A program made the translations under genes and the position numbers. The notes beneath the pieces are model-generated. The model saw only the letters and a program-made list of their open reading frames with translations, was not told the origin of the DNA and did not search any database. DNA of 64,000 nt from Clostridia bacterium (GTDB lineage: Bacteria > Bacillota > Clostridia > Oscillospirales > CAG-272): contig JAFYPF010000015.1 in assembly GCA_017547655.1 (NCBI GenBank), forward strand, positions 56,922-120,921, written 5' to 3'. Of this stretch, positions 29,500 through 38,280 are shown in pieces (position 1 is the stretch's first letter; each line of letters begins with the position of its first letter).

Positions 29500-30486
29500 T
29501 TATCTTTCTTCTCTGTAGTAGTTTATACCACAGCAAGTAGGCTGTTCGCCTCTGCCCTTGTCTCTTATTGAAGAAACAACAAGAACAATAAAGGTTATAA
29601 CGAAAGGAAGCATCTGATAAAATTCATTCGGTATAACGTCTACCCAACCGAGAACATCGGGAAACGCTTCTTTAAGGTTACCCTTCCATGACTGCAATAC
29701 TGTCAAAGCCCCAAAGAGGAACGAACCGAAGATAGCTTTAGCGGGGTTCCATTTTGCAAAGATAACCAATGCAACCGAAATCCAACCCATACCGTTTATC
29801 CAGCTTTCATTCCATGCGCCGCCGTTTATAACAACACCGAGATAAAGACCGCCAAGACCTGTTATACCTGCACCGCATACCGTATGCATATAACGGTAGA
29901 AAGAAACGTTTACACCGCATGCATCTGCTGCGCCGTAGTTTTCACCCGTCGCTCTTAATTTCAATCCCGTTTTCGTCTTTGTAATGTAAATCCAAAGAAC
30001 TACGGCAACCAAAACCGATATATAAACCATTATATTATACGAGAACAATAAAGTTCCGATATACGGAATATCACGAAGTACGGGAATACCTATATCCGAC
30101 TTCATAAATACCATCTGCGAAGCTTCATCCATTACCGGATATTTACCTCCGCTTGTCAACGACCTTCCGATAAATTCATATACTCCAACACCGAATATTG
30201 TCAGCGTAAGACCTGTTACGTTCTGATTTGCCTGAAAAGTAATCGTAAGGAAAGAATATACAAGACCGCCAAGCGCAGCGCACAAGAATGCCGCAAGGAG
30301 CGCAACAATCATACTGTTTGTTTTACAGCCGAAATAATATCCTCCGATAGCCCCCATAGCCATAAGTCCTTCAACACCGAGATTCAAACTTCCCGACTTT
30401 TCGGAAACTATCTCCCCCGTCGTACCGAACAAAAGCGGTACACCCATTCTAATGGAGTAAAAAAGAAATTTAATTATCGTATTCAT
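29500..30486 (-). CDS. BMP-family (nucleoside/purine) ABC transporter permease, YufQ/NupQ-like
   Basis: 328-aa polytopic protein of the branched-chain/ribose-type permease fold (GVEGLMAMGAI). There is a 4-nt overlap with the upstream gene. Confidence 0.85.
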   Translation of the reverse strand: MNTIIKFLFYSIRMGVPLLFGTTGEIVSEKSGSLNLGVEGLMAMGAIGGYYFGCKTNSMIVALLAAFLCAALGGLVYSFLTITFQANQNVTGLTLTIFGVGVYEFIGRSLTSGGKYPVMDEASQMVFMKSDIGIPVLRDIPYIGTLLFSYNIMVYISVLVAVVLWIYITKTKTGLKLRATGENYGAADACGVNVSFYRYMHTVCGAGITGLGGLYLGVVINGGAWNESWINGMGWISVALVIFAKWNPAKAIFGSFLFGALTVLQSWKGNLKEAFPDVLGWVDVIPNEFYQMLPFVITFIVLVVSSIRDKGRGEQPTCCGINYYREER

Positions 30487-33227
30487 TTTTTACCTCCATC
30501 AGCTTTGTTGTTAAGGTTAAGTACTAATCTGTAGTTTATAAAGAAGTCTGCCGCAAGAACCGCAAACAAAATTATACCTTGCAAAATTGATGATACTGCA
30601 GGAGAAATGTTAAATGCGCTTTCTGCAACGCTCGAACCTTTAGAAAGAATACACATAAGCACCGATGTTACAAAAATTCCAATGGGGTTAAGTTTTGAAA
30701 GCCAAGCAACAATTACGCCTGTCCAGCCCACACTGCTTGTTATACCCGTACTTAATCTGTATGAGGTCGCAATTCCGGACACTTGGAACATACCTGCAAT
30801 ACCTATTACAGCCGCACTCAAGAACATAGTTCTTATTATTATTTTCGGCACGTTCATTCCCGCATATTTTGCGGTATTTATACTATCGCCTACTATAGAT
30901 ATTTCATATCCTTGCTTTGTCTTCTTAAAGTAAATATAACAAATTACAACAAGAATAACTGCAACAATAAGCGAAACGTCAAATCTTATACCATTTGCGA
31001 GAGTAATCTGAGGCAAATGCGCATTTTCTGCCAATGCCGCAAAGTCTCTGTTATTAGGCACACCGTTATTCAACTGACCGAAATAGTATGTCTTCTTCAA
31101 GAATATAAAGAAATAAAGAACAATGTAGTTAAGCATCAACGTAAGCAGCGTTTCGTTTGTACCAAACTTAACTTTAAGCAACGCAGGAATAAGACCTATC
31201 AAGCCGCCGCCCAAAGCTCCAGCAACAAACATACACAATAAAACGATTATGCTCGAAGTGTCACTGCCTCTGAACAAATGTGCTACAGCAGCCGCAGAAA
31301 TAGCTCCGGCAATAAACTGACCTTCGCCACCTACGTTCCAAAACTTCATCTTAAACGCAAACGCTATACCAAGCGACGTAATCGTCAAAGGTATTATCTG
31401 CCTTATAAGACCGTTAATGTTAATAGAGTTTTTAAAGCAACCAACAAGAATATTGGAATAATAACTAAACGGATTTGCACCGTTCATTATAACGAAAATA
31501 CCGCCTATCAAAAGTGCTATCATCACAGAAGCGAAATAAATAGCCGAAGTCTTCCAAAGCGGAAGTGTATCCCTCTTAATAAGATGTATAAAAGGATCTT
31601 TATGCTTTTTAGGCTTCTTTCTATTTACTTTTTCTTTAAACTCATATTCAACGTTGTCGGATTCAACGGCGCTATTTGTTTTTTCGCTACTTTGTTCTGC
31701 TTCGACAGCATTAGTCATAAGCAAACCAAGCTGTTCTTTGGTAGCCTCTTTAGCATCAACTATTCCCGTAACCTTACCGTGACAGAGCACCATAATTCTG
31801 TCGCAAAGCTCGAGCATAACGTCAAGGTCTTCGCCGACAAAAAGAACACCTGCGCCCTTTTTCTTCTGCTCGTTGAGAATATCGTATATTATGTATGACG
31901 AGTTAATATCAAGCCCTCTTACGGGATATGCCGTTACAATAACTGTAGGAGAAGATTCTATTTCTCTGCCGACAAGTACTTTTTGTACGTTACCTCCTGA
32001 AAGCTTTCTTACAGCAGTTTCGGTTCCGGGAGTATTGATTTCAAGCTCTTTTATTACCCTCTTCGTCGTTTCTCTTGTATTCTTACGGTCAACGAAAGGC
32101 CCTTTAACTTTGCTGTAGTTTTTCAGCATCATATTATCGGTAATACTAAGCGATGCCGCAAGTCCCATACCAAGTCTATCTTCCGGTACAAAACTCATAC
32201 TTATACCGAGGTTGATTATCTCGCGAGTTGTTTTTCCTTGAATTTCGGTATTTTTATAAATAATCTTTCCCGAATCAAGTTTCTGGAGTCCTGCGATAAC
32301 CTCACAAAGCTCTTTCTGACCGCATCCCGATACACCCGCAACACCGAGCATTTCACCACTGTGCAATTCAAATGAAACGTCTTCAACAGCCTTAAGTCCC
32401 GATTCACCGGGAACTGTAACGTTATCTAATTTTAACAACACTTCATCTTTCAAGCATTGAGGTCTGTCAATAGCAAGTTCAACTGCTCTGCCCACCATCA
32501 TATCGGTAAGCTTTTTTGCGCTCGTCTCGGATGTATTTACCGTACCAATACTTTCACCCTTACGCAAAATAGTAACCCTGTCACTTATTTCAAGAACTTC
32601 ATTCAGCTTGTGTGTAATAATTATTATAGCACAGCCGCTTTTTCTCATTTTACGCAATATAGAGAAAAGCTTATCCTTTTCCTGAAGCGTAAGCACAGCA
32701 GTAGGTTCATCAAGTATAAGTACGTTTGCCCCGTAATAAAGAACCTTTAATATTTCAACAGTCTGCTTTTCGCTGACTCCCATATCGCATACGCATTTTT
32801 CCGGATCAATATCAAACCCGAACTTGCGGCTCATCTCTCCGATTTTCTTAAATCTGCTTTTTCTCAACAGATACTTATCCGCGCCCTCTTCGTTATCGGA
32901 ACCGATAAGTATATTATCTGCGGCAGAAAACTTCTCAACAAGCTTGAAATGCTGATGCACCATACCAATTCCAAGTCTTTTTGAGTCCTCGGGCGACTGA
33001 ATAACTACCTTTTCTCCGTTTATAAAAATTTCGCCTTCGTCGGGCTTATATATACCCGACAACATATTCATCAAGGTAGTTTTTCCCGAACCGTTCTCTC
33101 CCAAAAGTGCTAAAATTTCGCCTTTGTTTACCGAAAGGTTTATCCCCTTGTTTGCATGTACCGAGCCAAAAGTCTTGCTTATATTCTTTAGTTCGATAGC
33201 AGCATTGCTGCGTGTTACCTCTGCCAT
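30483..33227 (-). CDS. fused ABC transporter protein: tandem ATP-binding domains plus a YufP/NupP-like permease domain
   Basis: 914 aa. NBD1 has GENGSGKTT, plus ILDEPTA. NBD2 has the signature LSGGNVQK. A charged linker (roughly residues 500-550, KKPKKHKD) follows, then a permease domain of about 350 aa with about 9 TM helices. Confidence 0.85.
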   Translation of the reverse strand: MAEVTRSNAAIELKNISKTFGSVHANKGINLSVNKGEILALLGENGSGKTTLMNMLSGIYKPDEGEIFINGEKVVIQSPEDSKRLGIGMVHQHFKLVEKFSAADNILIGSDNEEGADKYLLRKSRFKKIGEMSRKFGFDIDPEKCVCDMGVSEKQTVEILKVLYYGANVLILDEPTAVLTLQEKDKLFSILRKMRKSGCAIIIITHKLNEVLEISDRVTILRKGESIGTVNTSETSAKKLTDMMVGRAVELAIDRPQCLKDEVLLKLDNVTVPGESGLKAVEDVSFELHSGEMLGVAGVSGCGQKELCEVIAGLQKLDSGKIIYKNTEIQGKTTREIINLGISMSFVPEDRLGMGLAASLSITDNMMLKNYSKVKGPFVDRKNTRETTKRVIKELEINTPGTETAVRKLSGGNVQKVLVGREIESSPTVIVTAYPVRGLDINSSYIIYDILNEQKKKGAGVLFVGEDLDVMLELCDRIMVLCHGKVTGIVDAKEATKEQLGLLMTNAVEAEQSSEKTNSAVESDNVEYEFKEKVNRKKPKKHKDPFIHLIKRDTLPLWKTSAIYFASVMIALLIGGIFVIMNGANPFSYYSNILVGCFKNSININGLIRQIIPLTITSLGIAFAFKMKFWNVGGEGQFIAGAISAAAVAHLFRGSDTSSIIVLLCMFVAGALGGGLIGLIPALLKVKFGTNETLLTLMLNYIVLYFFIFLKKTYYFGQLNNGVPNNRDFAALAENAHLPQITLANGIRFDVSLIVAVILVVICYIYFKKTKQGYEISIVGDSINTAKYAGMNVPKIIIRTMFLSAAVIGIAGMFQVSGIATSYRLSTGITSSVGWTGVIVAWLSKLNPIGIFVTSVLMCILSKGSSVAESAFNISPAVSSILQGIILFAVLAADFFINYRLVLNLNNKADGGKK

Positions 33228-33268
33228 AACCTCTCCTGCTTTTTTCTATTTTGTTATTATAATGAGTG

Positions 33269-33312
33269 TAGTTAGTCGAAACAGTAATCAACCTCACTGT
33301 TTCGACTAACTA
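33269..33312 (-). promoter_or_regulatory. 16-bp perfect stem-loop between the binding-protein and ATPase genes
   Basis: TAGTTAGTCGAAACAG...CTGTTTCGACTAACTA, with no adjacent T-run. Confidence 0.5.
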
Positions 33313-33324
33313 TAACCATTATAA

Positions 33325-33360
33325 ATATGCTTCTCCCCCACAAAAGGAAGAGAAGCATAT
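33325..33360 (-). promoter_or_regulatory. hairpin (partial terminator) just after the binding-protein gene
   Basis: ATATGCTTCTC...GAGAAGCATAT followed on the minus strand by TTTATAAT. Confidence 0.5.
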
Positions 33361-33379
33361 TCAAACCAATGTGTAAAAA

Positions 33380-34549
33380 TTACTTAAGTGATACGCCTTC
33401 TACAAAGTAGTTCATTGTACCGGTAATAACGGAATCTTCAACAGATGCGCCGCCTGCCGCAACAATTACTTTACCTGCGTTATCCTTGAGGTCAGCATCA
33501 GTCTTAACAAGTGCGCCGTCCTTGAATGAAAGCTTAACGCCTGAGAACACGTCCCAAGTACCTTCTTTGAAGAGGTCCTTAACGAGTTTGATGTATTCAG
33601 CTGTATTTTCAGCGCAGTTCTCAGAAAGTGCAGAAACGTCTACAAGACCGTCAGCCAAGCTACCGTAGTAGTTGCCGAACTCTGCCCATGTACCATCCAT
33701 AGCTGCCTTTGTTGCTGCTGTGTAGTATACACCCCAGTTCCAAATAGAAGCAGTAAGGTGAGCCTTAGGGGCATCCTTTGTCATATCAGAGTTGTATCCG
33801 CATCCGAATACGCCCTTTGTCTGAGCTGCAATCTGAGGGTTAGCTGTATCGCAGTGCTGAGCGATAACGTCGCAACCGAGCTCGATAAGAGCTTCTGCAT
33901 AAGCTGTTTCATTTGCAGGATCAAACCAGCTGTTGAGAGATTTAACATATACTTCTGCATCGGGGTTAACGGACTGTACACCAAGTGCAAATGCGTTAAT
34001 ACCACTACATGTTTCAGCAAGTTCTGTACCGTAAGCTGCTACGTAACCAATCTTGTTGGTCTTTGTCTTAAGACCCGCAGCAATACCGGAGAGGTAACGA
34101 GCCTGATAAATTCTACCGAAATAGTTATTGAAGTTTGTTTCGTTGCTCTTGTAACCTGTACCATGAGAGAAGATTACATTGGGATGTTCTTTAGCAAGAG
34201 CTTCTGTTGTATCCATATAGCCGTAGCTTGTTGTAAAGATAATTTTACAACCCTCGGATATACAAGCTTCGATAGCTTCTCTGATTGCAGATTCGTCATC
34301 GTCAGCAATATTGAGCTTACGGATAATCTGATCATCAGCAAGGTTGAGGTTTTTTTGCATTTCAACAATACCCAAATCGTGTGTATAGGAATAACCCGAA
34401 CCGTCAGCAGGGTCTCCGATATGGATTACGCCTACCTTAAATTTGCCCTCGCCGCCTTCGTTCTCTGATTCATTGCCGCAAGATGCGAAGCAAACCAAAG
34501 AAACGGCAATGAGAAGCACTGCCAAAAGAATTGAAAGAAACTTTTTCAT
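33380..34549 (-). CDS. BMP-family ABC transporter substrate-binding lipoprotein (PnrA/Med/TmpC-like)
   Basis: Lipobox CFASCG and a BMP-family pattern (KVGVIHIGDP, GYVAAYG, FGCGYNSDM). Confidence 0.88.
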   Translation of the reverse strand: MKKFLSILLAVLLIAVSLVCFASCGNESENEGGEGKFKVGVIHIGDPADGSGYSYTHDLGIVEMQKNLNLADDQIIRKLNIADDDESAIREAIEACISEGCKIIFTTSYGYMDTTEALAKEHPNVIFSHGTGYKSNETNFNNYFGRIYQARYLSGIAAGLKTKTNKIGYVAAYGTELAETCSGINAFALGVQSVNPDAEVYVKSLNSWFDPANETAYAEALIELGCDVIAQHCDTANPQIAAQTKGVFGCGYNSDMTKDAPKAHLTASIWNWGVYYTAATKAAMDGTWAEFGNYYGSLADGLVDVSALSENCAENTAEYIKLVKDLFKEGTWDVFSGVKLSFKDGALVKTDADLKDNAGKVIVAAGGASVEDSVITGTMNYFVEGVSLK

Positions 34550-34605
34550 TTTGGATTTTCTCCTTTAAAAAATAAAATTATAAACAAGTATGAAAATCAT
34601 ACAGG

Positions 34606-35175
34606 TTATCTGAAAGTAATAGTATTTCCGTCAATACTGTCAATAATAGCCAAAGACTCAACCCTTATACCTATACCGCGAAGCAGAGCACCACCCGGCT
34701 GAAAGCCCTTTTCGATAACTATTCCTATACCTACGACATCTGCCCCCGAAGCCTCAACTATACCTATAAGTCCCTTTGCCGCATTGCCGTCGGCAAGAAA
34801 GTCATCTATAATCAAAACCTTATCTTCTTTTGATAAATAATCCTTGGATATGACTATGTCATACTCCCTACCTTTTGTAAAGGATATAACCTTTTCCGTA
34901 TACACGTCGTCTCCGACGTTCTTATGTCCGCTTTTTTTAGCAAACACAACGTCGCAACCGAGCTCCATAGCAGTTGCACAAGCAAATGCAATCCCCGAAG
35001 CTTCTATGGTAACAATTTTGTTTACCCCTGAATCTGCAAACAATCTGTAAAACTCTTTCCCTATTTCTTTAAGTAATTTTACATCAATTCTGTGATTTAC
35101 AAAACCATCAACTTTAACAATATTACCGGGATAAATTTTCCCTTCAGCTTTTATTCTGTCCTCAAGAAGTTTCAA
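34606..35175 (-). CDS. xpt: xanthine phosphoribosyltransferase
   Basis: LEDRIKAEGK, VDGFVNHRID, TIEASGIAFA, and the PRPP loop VLIIDDFLADGNAA. A TTG start at 35175 after GGGGAG is preferred. Confidence 0.88.
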   Translation of the reverse strand: MKLLEDRIKAEGKIYPGNIVKVDGFVNHRIDVKLLKEIGKEFYRLFADSGVNKIVTIEASGIAFACATAMELGCDVVFAKKSGHKNVGDDVYTEKVISFTKGREYDIVISKDYLSKEDKVLIIDDFLADGNAAKGLIGIVEASGADVVGIGIVIEKGFQPGGALLRGIGIRVESLAIIDSIDGNTITFR

Positions 35176-35432
35176 AAACAATCTCCCCAATATATTTTAG
35201 AAATAATTTATACATTTATTGTACACTATTACGTCTTATTTTTCAATAGTTTTTTTGCATTTTTATACAATCTTCCCAATAAAACGCACTCTTTCGATAA
35301 AACGTCGCTATTATTTAGTTTTATTAACTTTTTCTCCATATTACTTAATTTTATTAAGTTGATACGCACATTTTTTGCATAAACTTCACAAAATTAATTT
35401 GTTCAAAGCTTTTTTTTGGTGAACTTTACATA

Positions 35433-35462
35433 TTGACACAAAAGCAGGAAACGCAGTATAAT
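35433..35462 (+). promoter_or_regulatory. sigma-A-type promoter of gdhA
   Basis: TTGACA, an 18-nt spacer, then TATAAT, about 45 nt upstream of the start codon. Confidence 0.5.
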
Positions 35463-35505
35463 AATACTAAACTATAATAAACAAATTAAACTTTTGGAGG
35501 AAACT

Positions 35506-36852
35506 ATGAACGCATACATTCAAAAGACTATCGAACAAGTAAAAGCTCGAAACCAATACGAACCTGAATTCATACAAACAATCGAAGAGGTTTTCGGAAG
35601 CCTCTCGCAGGTTTTAGACAAGCATCCTGAATATGAAGCAAACGGCATTCTCGAAAGAATGGCTGAACCCGACAGACAGCTCTCTTTCAGAGTAAGCTGG
35701 ATTGACGACAACGGTAATGTAAACGTTAACCGCGGCTACAGAGTTCAGTTTAACTCAGCAATCGGTCCCTACAAAGGCGGTCTTCGTTTTCACCCGTCCG
35801 TATATATAGGAATGATGAAGTTCTTGGGCTTTGAACAGACGTTCAAGAACAGCCTCACAGGTCTTCCCATCGGCGGTGCAAAAGGCGGCTCGGACTTTGA
35901 CCCTCGCGGAAAGAGTGACGCCGAAATAATGAGATTCTGCCAGGCATTTATGACAGAGCTTTACAGACACATAGGTCCCGACACAGATATTCCCGCAGGT
36001 GACATTGGCGTTGGCGCAAGAGAAATCGGTTATCTGTTCGGTCAATACAGAAGAATTAAAGGTAACTTTGAAAACGGAGTACTCACAGGTAAATCGTTAA
36101 GCTATGGCGGTTCTCTCGTTAGACCGGAGGCTACCGGATACGGAGCTATATATTTCACCGTAGAAATTCTCCGTCACTTCAACGAAACCATAAACAATAA
36201 AACGATAGCAATCTCAGGCTTCGGCAACGTTGCTTGGGGCGTATGTAAGAAAGCAGAACAGCTTGGTGCTAAAGTTGTAACAATATCAGGTCCTGACGGT
36301 TATATATATGACGAAGAAGGTATTTTGGGTGAAAAGGTTGATTACTTACTTGAAATGCGCGCCTCCGGAAGAGACAAAGTTGAAGATTACGCTAAAAAGT
36401 ATCCCAATGCAAAATTCTTTAAGGGAGAAAAGCCTTGGGGAAGCAAAGTAGATATCGTTATGCCCTGCGCAACCCAAAACGAAGTTAATATAGAAGAAGC
36501 AAAGAAGATCGTTGAAAGCGGAGCAAAATACTACATTGAAGTATCTAATATGTCTACAACAAACGACGCTTTGAAGTATTTGAAAGAAAACTTATCGGCA
36601 GTAGGCCCTTCCAAAGCTGCAAACGCAGGTGGTGTTGCTGTATCTGCGCTTGAAATGTGCCAGAACAGTATGCGCTACAGATGGACCGAAGAAGAAGTTA
36701 ACGAAAAGCTTTGCAATATAATGAAGAATATTCACAACGAATGTGCTTCGAAAGCGCTTGAATACGGACTCGGTTATGACCTTGTATCCGGTGCAAACAT
36801 TGCCGCATTCCTCAGAGTTGCTGAGGCTATGATGGCACAAGGCATTGTATAA
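35506..36852 (+). CDS. gdhA: NADP-specific glutamate dehydrogenase
   Basis: GPYKGGLRFHP, LPIGGAKGGSDFDP, and the GFGNVAWG dinucleotide fold. The ATG at 35506 follows GGAGG. Confidence 0.93.
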   Translation: MNAYIQKTIEQVKARNQYEPEFIQTIEEVFGSLSQVLDKHPEYEANGILERMAEPDRQLSFRVSWIDDNGNVNVNRGYRVQFNSAIGPYKGGLRFHPSVYIGMMKFLGFEQTFKNSLTGLPIGGAKGGSDFDPRGKSDAEIMRFCQAFMTELYRHIGPDTDIPAGDIGVGAREIGYLFGQYRRIKGNFENGVLTGKSLSYGGSLVRPEATGYGAIYFTVEILRHFNETINNKTIAISGFGNVAWGVCKKAEQLGAKVVTISGPDGYIYDEEGILGEKVDYLLEMRASGRDKVEDYAKKYPNAKFFKGEKPWGSKVDIVMPCATQNEVNIEEAKKIVESGAKYYIEVSNMSTTNDALKYLKENLSAVGPSKAANAGGVAVSALEMCQNSMRYRWTEEEVNEKLCNIMKNIHNECASKALEYGLGYDLVSGANIAAFLRVAEAMMAQGIV

Positions 36853-36883
36853 ATAAACGGTTTTTCATCGTTTTCCCTAAAGC

Positions 36884-36930
36884 AATAAGCCCCCACCTTT
36901 TTAAAAAGGTGGGGCTTATTGTCTTTTTTT
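36884..36930. terminator. bidirectional terminator
   Basis: AATAAGCCCCCACC...GGTGGGGCTTATT stem followed by T8. Confidence 0.75.
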
Positions 36931-38255
36931 TATTTCTTTCTATATACCGTTCTGTAAGCAAATATTACTATGGCTAAAGCCACAATAACACCTATGACAG
37001 AAATTGTAAACACCGTATTTTGCCTTGAACCCAAAAGATATTCCCTTTCAATTTTATTTTCGGATAAAGTTTCATTGTCCGACGTTTCAGTTACCTCGGG
37101 AGATATATTATTTTTTTCGGACGAATCAGTCCCTATTACACTAATAGCCGTTGATTCAGCATCATTTCCGCCCATCGTATTTTTTTTTATTATAACGCCA
37201 ACACCATTTATTTTGCTTATAAGCTTGTCAACGTCTCCCTTATATTCGTTTATATTGACAAAGCTTTTCTTAACGTCTTCCGCTTTTGTTTCAACAGGCC
37301 GTCCATTTTCTGTGGTTTCCGGTAAATCTTCAATATAATCAGCTATATTTACAGCAGTTATATTCTGCATATTACCGCCGTTTATATCCAAAACATTATA
37401 TTTTCCGTATGCACACAATTCTTTTCTAAAGCTACCACCGTTCACAGCAAAAGAAAACGTATCCAAAGCTTCCGTTATGCAACCAACCTGCCCATGGAAC
37501 GTTCCTCCGTTTATAACCAACGAAGCATTTCCCTCTTGTTTAAATCCCACAGAAATATATCCACTCGCAGAGACAATTCCATCAAAGGTTCCGCCATCTA
37601 TCGTCAGAAACGTATTGCCTACGCTGTTTCCATTTCTGTTTCCTGCGCAAACGTTATAGTAATTACCGCTTTTTATAGTTATACATCCGTTAGACGAAAC
37701 ACGCTCTTCATCAAGTGATATACCAATTACAGACAAATGTGGAGCATTGCCCTTTTTCTCGCATACGATACCCTCTCCAAAAACGGTATCGTATCCGTTA
37801 CAAACAACAGCTCTCGGGGTAACACCACCGTTAGTTGTAATATTCAAATTTTCAAAGACAAATTTACCCGCCAATATCATATTTGCAGAAGACTTTCCAT
37901 CACCAAAACATAGTGAAGCATTAGTGTGCTTTCGATAATCCACTTCCCCGTCAACGCTCGTAACAGTAATAACTTTAGTACCATTGGAGGTGCCGTTCTT
38001 CACCGAAAGGTTTATAAGCTCGGTAAAGGTATAATTACCGCAAACAACAATTTTTCCTCCGCTTTTTGCAAGTAATCTGACCGCTTCTTTAAAATCACCT
38101 ATCGCATTTTCATAGTTTGAACCATCTCCGATTCCACCGTTTTTCAAATAAACCTTTTTCACTTCAGCTCCGCTCGACAAAAACGCCAACGCCACCAAAG
38201 TAAAAACTATCAACACCATGGCGATTACATGTTTTATTTTGTTTTCCCTGCTCAT
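36930..38255 (-). CDS. hypothetical surface protein, beta-helix-like repeats, N- and C-terminal TM anchors
   Basis: N-terminal signal/anchor. Repeated xxGG(T/S)Fxx units (IDGGTFDG, INGGTFHG, VNGGSFRK, INGGNMQN) suggest a parallel beta-helix. There is an acidic Ser/Thr-rich stalk, and a C-terminal TM plus YRKK. Confidence 0.45.
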   Translation of the reverse strand: MSRENKIKHVIAMVLIVFTLVALAFLSSGAEVKKVYLKNGGIGDGSNYENAIGDFKEAVRLLAKSGGKIVVCGNYTFTELINLSVKNGTSNGTKVITVTSVDGEVDYRKHTNASLCFGDGKSSANMILAGKFVFENLNITTNGGVTPRAVVCNGYDTVFGEGIVCEKKGNAPHLSVIGISLDEERVSSNGCITIKSGNYYNVCAGNRNGNSVGNTFLTIDGGTFDGIVSASGYISVGFKQEGNASLVINGGTFHGQVGCITEALDTFSFAVNGGSFRKELCAYGKYNVLDINGGNMQNITAVNIADYIEDLPETTENGRPVETKAEDVKKSFVNINEYKGDVDKLISKINGVGVIIKKNTMGGNDAESTAISVIGTDSSEKNNISPEVTETSDNETLSENKIEREYLLGSRQNTVFTISVIGVIVALAIVIFAYRTVYRKK

Positions 38256-38280
38256 ATCCAAAGCTTCCTAATATATTTTA

